The notes beneath the pieces were generated by a model. It was given only the letters and a program-made list of their open reading frames with translations, did no database searches and was not told the DNA's origin. From an uncultured Chloroflexia bacterium (GTDB lineage Bacteria > Chloroflexota > Limnocylindria > Limnocylindrales > CSP1-4), in assembly GCA_963819655.1 (NCBI GenBank), contig CAWFXA010000001.1:224001-288000 (forward strand): 64,000 nucleotides of DNA, written 5' to 3'. Every line of letters starts with the position of its first letter. Position 1 is the first letter of the stretch. A program made the position numbers and the translations under genes. Shown here in pieces: positions 57,947 to 64,000 of this stretch.

Positions 57947-58405
57947 ATGCGACAACCACCGATCGGGATAGCGGTCCTGGGCTTCTTTGCCTTGGTCAAC
58001 GGCATCTCCGCCGCGATCATCGGGCTCCAGCTGATGGGCATCGTCGTCTTTGGACCCGTCTCGACCGGGTCCGGCACCTTCATCTGGGGGTTGCTGGCCT
58101 TCGTCCTCGGCGTGCTGTGGGTCGCCGTGGGCTACGGGGCCTGGAATCTGCGGATCTGGGCATGGACCATCGGGATGCTGCTCGCCGTGCTCGGGATCCT
58201 CAATGCGGTCTTCATCCTCATCGGCACAGGCGACCTGACCAAGGGGCTGGCGGCGGTGCTCCTTCCTGCGGTGATCCTGTGGTACCTGAATTCGCAGGGC
58301 GTGAAGGAAGCCTTCGTCCTGGGTGAGCAGGACGCCGGCCGTTACGCCAGCAGCTACGACCGGGAGCAGGCCGAGCGGATCGCCGCCGAGCGCTCGACTG
58401 ACTAG
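57947..58405 (+). CDS. Hypothetical 4-TM membrane protein
   Basis: MRQPPIGIAVL...WAW...LWYLNSQGVKEAF; AGGAGG RBS. Confidence 0.75.
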   Translation: MRQPPIGIAVLGFFALVNGISAAIIGLQLMGIVVFGPVSTGSGTFIWGLLAFVLGVLWVAVGYGAWNLRIWAWTIGMLLAVLGILNAVFILIGTGDLTKGLAAVLLPAVILWYLNSQGVKEAFVLGEQDAGRYASSYDREQAERIAAERSTD

Positions 58406-59760
58406 TCTCTGGCGACCGAGGCCGTCGCGACGTCGATGGCCTCGGTCATGACGTCCGCGACGATCTGCAGCTCGGCATCGGTGATCACGAACGGCGGCCC
58501 GAGCAGGATCGTGTCCCCGTCGACGCCGTTCGCGTTGCCCGTCCCCGAATAGACGAGCACGCTCCGCTCCCGCGCGGCGGCCACGACGCCCTCCGCCACT
58601 CGAGCCGCTCGCGGGAACGGCCGGCGCGTGGCGCGGTCCGCGACCAGCTCGACACCGACCATCAGACCGCGCCCCCGGATGTCGCCGACCGACGGGTGTT
58701 CCTCGAGAGCGCCGCGCAGCAGCGCCCTCAGTCGGTCGCCCTTGGTCGCGCTCGCTTCGACCAGGGACTCGTCGCGCAGGATCCGCAACACCTCGCTGGC
58801 GACTGCGGCACCGATGGGCGCGTGCGAGTAGGTGAACCCGTGGATGAAACCATGGCCCGGCGCCGTCACGGTCTCGAACACGTGGCCCGTCGCGGCCACG
58901 AACCCGAATGGCCAGTACCCGCCGGTGGCGCCCTTGGCGGCGACGAGCAGGTCCGGCCGGATCCCCCAGTGGTCGAGGCCGAACCAGCGGCCGGTCCGCC
59001 CGAACCCGGTCATGACCTCGTCCGCGATGAGAAGCACGCCGTGCGCTGCGCAGACCGCGGCGATCGCGGGCCAGTAGTCGTCGGGTGGCACTGCCGCTGC
59101 AAGCGTGGCCCCGACGATCGGCTCGGCGATGAACGCGGCAACCCGGCCCGGCCCGATCTTCCGGACCGTCGAGTCCAGCTCCGCGGCGAGGGCGGCGCCG
59201 TCGCGGCCGGCGTGCGCCTCGGTCTCGCCCGCGCGGTACGGGTACGCCGCTGAGACGTGCCGGAACCGGCCCAGCCACGGTTCGTATGGCCGGCGCAGCG
59301 GCGGCCTGCCGGAAAGGTCGAGCGCGCCGAGGGTATTGCCGTGATACGACCCGTGACGGGCGATCGCAACAGCCCGCTCGGGCTCGCCGCGCGCCAGGTG
59401 GTAGGCGCGCGCCAACTTGAGTGCGGTCTCGATCGCCTCCGACCCGCCCGACACCGGGTAGATCGCCGGGTCGTCGACCGGCACGACCGCAGCGACTTCT
59501 TCGGCGTAGGCCTCGACCGGCTCGGTCGTGAACGCCGAGCCATGGGCGAATGCCAGCCGGCCGGCCTGCTCGGCCATCACCGCCGCCACCGACGCGCGAC
59601 CGTGTCCGACGTTGACGACGATCGCCCCACCCGCCGCATCGATGTACTCGCGCCCGTCGGCGTCGCGGACGGTGGAGCCGCTGGCTTCGACCGCGACCGG
59701 CGGATCGGCCTGCGTCGAGCGCCGGAAGACGCGGCCGGCGGGCCGGTGAGGATCGGTCAT
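58402..59760 (-). CDS. Class III PLP aminotransferase
   Basis: GGSEAIETA, SYHGNT, AEPIVGA, DEVMTGFGRTG, AKG, HGFTY. Confidence 0.92.
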   Translation of the reverse strand: MTDPHRPAGRVFRRSTQADPPVAVEASGSTVRDADGREYIDAAGGAIVVNVGHGRASVAAVMAEQAGRLAFAHGSAFTTEPVEAYAEEVAAVVPVDDPAIYPVSGGSEAIETALKLARAYHLARGEPERAVAIARHGSYHGNTLGALDLSGRPPLRRPYEPWLGRFRHVSAAYPYRAGETEAHAGRDGAALAAELDSTVRKIGPGRVAAFIAEPIVGATLAAAVPPDDYWPAIAAVCAAHGVLLIADEVMTGFGRTGRWFGLDHWGIRPDLLVAAKGATGGYWPFGFVAATGHVFETVTAPGHGFIHGFTYSHAPIGAAVASEVLRILRDESLVEASATKGDRLRALLRGALEEHPSVGDIRGRGLMVGVELVADRATRRPFPRAARVAEGVVAAARERSVLVYSGTGNANGVDGDTILLGPPFVITDAELQIVADVMTEAIDVATASVARD

Positions 59761-59793
59761 GCGATCGATTGTATGAGCCGGTCGATCGGGTTC

Positions 59794-59821
59794 GGGGAAC
59801 CGCCAGACCCTCGCCGGTGTA
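59794..59821 (+). promoter_or_regulatory. Putative ECF-sigma promoter (autoregulatory copy)
   Basis: GGGGAACC-N14-GGTGTA; identical boxes and spacing at 61416-61443. Confidence 0.7.
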
Positions 59822-59831
59822 CGGGGTACGG

Positions 59832-60404
59832 TTGTCGTGGAGGGCCGTCCACATCGAAGACGCCGAACTGATCGCGCGCGCTCGCACAGGCGACGTCGCT
59901 GCGTACGAGGCCATCGTGCGCCGCTATCAAGACGTGGCCATCCGGACCGCGCACCTCATCTGCCCGGAGACCGATGCCGACGATGCAGTCCAGGATGCCT
60001 TCCTCAAGGCCTTTGACGCCCTCCCCCGCTTTCGCGAGGGATCGCCGATCAGGCCGTGGCTCCTGCGCATCGTGGCCAATGAGGCACGCAATCGACGGCG
60101 CTCGGCGGGGCGGCGGCACGGCCTCGCGCTCCGCGTGGCGGAGGCCGAGCCGAACAGTCGGTCGGCACCCGGGCCCGAGAACATCGTGATCGCCGCCGAG
60201 CAGCGAACGGAGCTGTTGAGCGCACTCGCGACGCTCCGGGACGACGACCGTGAAGTGCTCGGCGCGCGCTTCCTGCTGGACCTCTCCGAAGCGGAGACGG
60301 CCGAGACCCTGGGCATCCCGCGCGGCACGGTCAAGTCACGGACCTCGCGCGCGATCGCGCGCCTGCGCGCGGCCCTGGCCGCGACGTCGGGGCTCGACCG
60401 ATGA
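59832..60404 (+). CDS. ECF sigma-70 factor
   Basis: DDAVQDAFLKAF, WLLRIVANEARNRRR, ETAETLGIPRGTVKSRTSRA. Start codon uncertain. Confidence 0.9.
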   Translation: MSWRAVHIEDAELIARARTGDVAAYEAIVRRYQDVAIRTAHLICPETDADDAVQDAFLKAFDALPRFREGSPIRPWLLRIVANEARNRRRSAGRRHGLALRVAEAEPNSRSAPGPENIVIAAEQRTELLSALATLRDDDREVLGARFLLDLSEAETAETLGIPRGTVKSRTSRAIARLRAALAATSGLDR

Positions 60405-61285
60405 CCGATCGATCGCTCGCCGGCCGCGACGACGCCGCGTTGGAGGATGCCCTGCGCTCGCTCGCGACCGCCATCGACTGGCCGACCGCAGCCCCCATGG
60501 CCGCGTCGGGCACGACAGCCGGGCCGGACATCGCGACGCGCGTGCGTGTCCGGCTCAATTCCGGCGAACGCGCCCGGCCGACGCGACCCTGGTGGCGACC
60601 CTCGACCCGGCCCGTCCGCGGCTCGCTCGTGCTCGCCATCGTGGCCCTGCTGGCCCTCGCTATCGTGGCCGGAGCGGTCGGCCTCGGGCTGCCCGGCCTG
60701 CGCTTCATCCTGGGAGAGCCGCCGGCATCGGTCCTGCCATCGCCCACCCCGGTCGCCAGCGCGACGCCGAGCGACCAGCCGACGCTCCCGGCCATCACAG
60801 GCAGCCGGCTAGGACTGGGGCGGCAGGTCGCACTCGAGGAGGTCGAGCCACTGACCGGCGTTCCGGCGCGGCTGCCGACGGACGCCCGGCTGGGTCCGCC
60901 CGACACCGTGTGGGTCGACAGCAACAAGTTCGACCAGATCGCCTACGTCTGGGCAGCCGACGAGGACCTGCCTGAGACGTCGGAGCGTGGCGTGGGTCTG
61001 GTGCTGATGCGCTTCGCCGGGCGGAGCGACGATCAGTTCTACCAGAAGGTCATCGGGATGGGGAACACGCTCGAGAGAGTCACGGTCGATGGCCACGACG
61101 GTTTCTGGATCACCGGCGAGATGCACTTCTTCTTCTACGTGCGACCCGACGGCACTGGCCAGGTCGACGACACCCGACGGTGGGTCGGCGACGCGCTCGT
61201 CTGGAACGACGGCGAAGCCACCTACCGGATCGAGAGCGCGCTCGGGCGCGAAGCCACCATCGAGATCGCCGAGTCGATCGAATAG
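60401..61285 (+). CDS. Putative membrane anti-sigma factor
   Basis: ATGA-coupled to the sigma gene; short N-terminus, one TM, extracytoplasmic domain (VTVDGHDGFWI, LVW, IAESI). Confidence 0.75.
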   Translation: MTDRSLAGRDDAALEDALRSLATAIDWPTAAPMAASGTTAGPDIATRVRVRLNSGERARPTRPWWRPSTRPVRGSLVLAIVALLALAIVAGAVGLGLPGLRFILGEPPASVLPSPTPVASATPSDQPTLPAITGSRLGLGRQVALEEVEPLTGVPARLPTDARLGPPDTVWVDSNKFDQIAYVWAADEDLPETSERGVGLVLMRFAGRSDDQFYQKVIGMGNTLERVTVDGHDGFWITGEMHFFFYVRPDGTGQVDDTRRWVGDALVWNDGEATYRIESALGREATIEIAESIE

Positions 61286-61289
61286 TCGT

Positions 61290-61317
61290 GCGCCGCGAGA
61301 CAGGCGCCGCGAGACAG
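61290..61317. repeat. 14-bp tandem repeat x2
   Basis: GCGCCGCGAGACAG x2, just after the stop codon. Confidence 0.7.
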
Positions 61318-61415
61318 CAGCGATAGCCGCGCGTCGCTCCTGCGCACACAGATTCGACGAATGAGCGTCCGCCATGAGCGTTTCGGCCGAAACGTGTGCG
61401 TCACAGCGACACGTC

Positions 61416-61443
61416 GGGGAACCTGCGACCGCCCCAGGGTGTA
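61416..61443 (+). promoter_or_regulatory. Putative ECF-sigma promoter (target copy)
   Basis: GGGGAACC-N14-GGTGTA. Confidence 0.7.
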
Positions 61444-61490
61444 GGAGCTGTACACGTTCCGATACAGGACCGCTCCGGAGGATCAACCTA

Positions 61491-62864
61491 GTGCCATCGA
61501 CCCGGTCGCTCATCCGCTCGCTCGCGGTGCTCAGCGCAGGAACCCTCGCGGCGTGCTCGACACCCGGCGCTTCGCCCTCGGCCCCGACCGCCGTATCGGC
61601 CGCACCGGCGACCAGCGCACAGGGTCCGAGCTCGGCCCCGATGGCACAGCCCAGCACTGCACAGCCCAGCGCGAGCGCCGGCGACGCGTGGCTGATCGTG
61701 AGCGACTCCACCAAACCAACGCTCCGGGTCATCCTCGACAGCACGCTCGAGGACATCTTCGAGCTGCCCGTCGGCGTTCCCGATGAGACGTGGGGGCACG
61801 TCCTCAGCGCGACGCCGGGCGACACGACGACGCGTATCCACAATCTCGTCGTCCAACCAGGTTTCGGTGGCTCGACGCAGGACATCGACGGCCGCTGGCG
61901 GCTGCCGACCGTCGGCCTCGACCCGATCCCGGGTGGCGTGTCGGCCGACCGCTCGACGATCGTCCTGGTCGAGGCCGACGCCGAGCACGGCGCAGCTGGC
62001 AGCGACCGGGCCGTCAGCCGTTTCGCGGTCGTGGATGGCCGACTCGGGCTGGGCAACCCGCCACGAATCATCGAGCTCGAGGGCACCTTCGACTACGACG
62101 CGTTGTCGCCCGACGGGTCGCTCCTGTACGTCGCTGAGCAGGTGCCCGGTCCGCTCGAGGCGCGCTACCAGGTCCGCGCGGTCGAGACCGCCACGGGCCG
62201 GATGCGGGACGCGATCATCGTCGACAAGCGCAACATCGACGAGGAGATGGCCGGCTGGCCGGTCGACCAGGCACGCCGCGCCGACGGCATGGTGATGACC
62301 CTCTACCGCGGAGCGGAATACCCGTTCGTCCACGCCCTGTCGAGCAAGGAGGCGTGGGCCGTCTGCATCGACCTGCCGACCCGTGGCTTCTACGACGTCG
62401 ATGCGGCCGCCGACTGGGGCATCGTCAGCCTCGGCGCCGGCAAGAGCGACCTCGCCGTCAACGCGTCGCTCGGTATCGCCGTCGAGATCAACGCCGACCT
62501 GAGCGTCAGGCGAAACGTGGACTTCGAGCCGTCGGCGGCCGCCGCGTTCCGCCTCGCGAAGTTCGGGCACGGCGAGCTCGGCCCTGCCGGTCGACGGGTG
62601 ATCGCCGCGCCCGATGGCGCGAGCGTCTTTGCTGCGGGCGAGGGCGGCATCGTCAAGCTTGGTGCCACGGATCTGGACGTCCAGCAGCGCTACCTGACGG
62701 GCATCGCGATCGACGGGCTGACCCTCACGCCGGATGGCACGACGCTGTTCGCCCTCACGCGGACCGGAGGCCGGATCGCCCGGCTCGATGTCGCCAGCGG
62801 CCAGGTCGAGCGCTGGGTCGGCGAGGGCGGCTTCGACCGACTGCTCGGTGCACTGCCCTGGTAG
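61491..62864 (+). CDS. Lipoprotein, probable beta-propeller
   Basis: GGAGG RBS and GTG start; LAAC lipobox; SADRS, LSPDGS, APDGA, LTPDGT blade motifs. Confidence 0.78.
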   Translation: MPSTRSLIRSLAVLSAGTLAACSTPGASPSAPTAVSAAPATSAQGPSSAPMAQPSTAQPSASAGDAWLIVSDSTKPTLRVILDSTLEDIFELPVGVPDETWGHVLSATPGDTTTRIHNLVVQPGFGGSTQDIDGRWRLPTVGLDPIPGGVSADRSTIVLVEADAEHGAAGSDRAVSRFAVVDGRLGLGNPPRIIELEGTFDYDALSPDGSLLYVAEQVPGPLEARYQVRAVETATGRMRDAIIVDKRNIDEEMAGWPVDQARRADGMVMTLYRGAEYPFVHALSSKEAWAVCIDLPTRGFYDVDAAADWGIVSLGAGKSDLAVNASLGIAVEINADLSVRRNVDFEPSAAAAFRLAKFGHGELGPAGRRVIAAPDGASVFAAGEGGIVKLGATDLDVQQRYLTGIAIDGLTLTPDGTTLFALTRTGGRIARLDVASGQVERWVGEGGFDRLLGALPW

Positions 62865-62881
62865 CTGTGCGTCACCGCGCC

Positions 62882-62898
62882 TCTCAGCGCGTTCTCAG
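62882..62898 (+). promoter_or_regulatory. MprA-like (OmpR-family) direct-repeat box
   Basis: TCTCAG-N5-TCTCAG upstream of the YceI gene. Confidence 0.55.
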
Positions 62899-62959
62899 GT
62901 TTCGTTGAGAATCTCCAGTCGACGGCGCAGATGTTCGCCGCCCTCCGGAGGCGTTCCCC

Positions 62960-63709
62960 GTGACCCGAAACCGAAACATCGCGCTCGCCCTGCTGGCAGT
63001 CGCCGCCCTTGCGGTCGGCGGTTACATCGCCTACGACCAGGTCCTTCGCGGGGACAGCGTCGCCGCACTCGCCCTCCCGACCCAGACGTCCACGCCTGCA
63101 GCTGCCAGCGCGCCGTCTGCGAGCCAGGACGCGGCGAGCGCGACGCCCGGCACCGACGCCGGCGTCGCCGGCGAGTGGCAGGTCGGCGGCGACAGCGTCG
63201 CCGGCTATCGGGTGCGGGAACGGCTCGCCAACCTTCCGGCCGAATCCGACGCGGTCGGGCGCACGTCGGACGTGACCGGATCGATCACCGTGGAGACGCC
63301 TGGGGACGGTGCACGGCTGACGGCCGGCACCCTGAACGTCGACACCACGACGATCGCCTCGGACGAGGGCCGGCGCGACAACCGGCTGCGGACGGAAGGC
63401 CTCCAGACCGACCTGTTCCCCACGGCGACTTTCGTGGTGACCCAACCGGTCGACGTCCCGGCTGAGGCGCTGACCGGCACCGCCACGGACATGACGCTGG
63501 TCGGTGACCTGACGCTCCATGGCGTGACCAAGTCGGTCGAGATCCCCGCCCAGGCGCAACTGACTGACGGGAAGATCCAGGTCGCCGGGACGCTGACGTT
63601 CGCCCTGGCCGACTTCGATATCACCGCGCCGAACGTCGGCGGTTTCATCATCTCGATCGCCGACGAGGGCACGCTCGAGTTCCTCGTCAACTTCGAGAAG
63701 GCGGCCTGA
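62960..63709 (+). CDS. YceI family lipid-binding protein
   Basis: N-terminal TM; SVAGYRVRERL, SDEGRRD, FPTATF, GDLTLHGVTK. Confidence 0.9.
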   Translation: MTRNRNIALALLAVAALAVGGYIAYDQVLRGDSVAALALPTQTSTPAAASAPSASQDAASATPGTDAGVAGEWQVGGDSVAGYRVRERLANLPAESDAVGRTSDVTGSITVETPGDGARLTAGTLNVDTTTIASDEGRRDNRLRTEGLQTDLFPTATFVVTQPVDVPAEALTGTATDMTLVGDLTLHGVTKSVEIPAQAQLTDGKIQVAGTLTFALADFDITAPNVGGFIISIADEGTLEFLVNFEKAA

Positions 63710-63733
63710 CGCCGCAGGCGGCACGGCCGCGTT

Positions 63734-63765
63734 AGCGCCCTACCGCGTCGAGCGCCCTACCGCGT
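63734..63765. repeat. 15-bp repeat (17-bp period) containing the CoA-transferase stop
   Basis: AGCGCCCTACCGCGT at 63734 and 63751. Confidence 0.7.
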
Positions 63766-64000
63766 GTAGACCCCGCCCGGGTCGAGCTCCTCGCGGATCA
63801 GCCGCAGCTCCTCGTCGGTCGGCGCCGGTGTCGTGCCGAGGTCGTCTCGGACCTTGATCTCCCAGCCGATCGTCGCGCGGACCTCGTCCAGGGCGGCCCC
63901 TGGGTGGAGCGACTCAAGCCGCATCTCGCCGCGGTCGTCGAACCGGTAGATGCCGAGGTCGGTCACGACCACCGACGGTCCACGCCCCAGCCAGCCACCC
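63757..64000 (-). CDS. CoA-transferase beta subunit (GctB/PcaJ-like), partial
   Basis: GPSVVVTDLGIYRFD...LHPG...GWEI...PTDEELRLIREELDP; runs off the right edge. Confidence 0.85.
   Translation of the reverse strand, partial: GGWLGRGPSVVVTDLGIYRFDDRGEMRLESLHPGAALDEVRATIGWEIKVRDDLGTTPAPTDEELRLIREELDPGGVYTR

Noticed and set aside
56903-59914. 1003-aa minus-strand ORF
   Set aside because: Arg/Gly/Pro-rich shadow frame overlapping the real aminotransferase and antisense to real membrane genes; typical high-GC artefact.

Overview
High-GC bacterial chromosomal window. Gene style suggests Chloroflexota (Limnocylindria-like) or a similar actinobacteria-like lineage; this is inference only. I saw no rRNA, tRNA, CRISPR array or transposase. 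Main blocks: (1) 1-19.4 kb, a reductive pyrimidine-catabolism neighbourhood: NitT/TauT-type ABC transporter with two binding proteins, class III aminotransferase, nitrilase-family ureidopropionase, F420-type LLM oxidoreductase, dihydropyrimidinase and mmsA, interleaved with an RsbW/STAS/PP2C partner-switch module and mmuM. (2) mdh, pckA and an aldehyde dehydrogenase. (3) A SAM-I riboswitch ahead of a ThrC-like PLP enzyme plus MoaD/CysO-like sulfur carrier, next to cystathionine gamma-lyase/synthase and CBS. (4) Lipid and envelope genes and a SigK/RskA-like pair. (5) 38.6-47.5 kb, an orphan carrier-protein biosynthetic cluster: ACP, ACAD-fold enzyme, SerRS-like amino acid:carrier protein ligase, DUF1839, GH2, tandem alpha/beta hydrolase, flavin reductase and a divergent AcpS. 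This is the best candidate for an uncharacterised system. (6) sufBD plus Rieske ferredoxin, with an Rrf2-like operator over a clear promoter. (7) TetR/MMPL and an ECF sigma/anti-sigma locus with a twice-repeated promoter motif. Two, possibly three, single-base frameshifts and several short tandem repeats that duplicate stop codons were also seen. All family calls come from reading motifs by eye, not from database searches.
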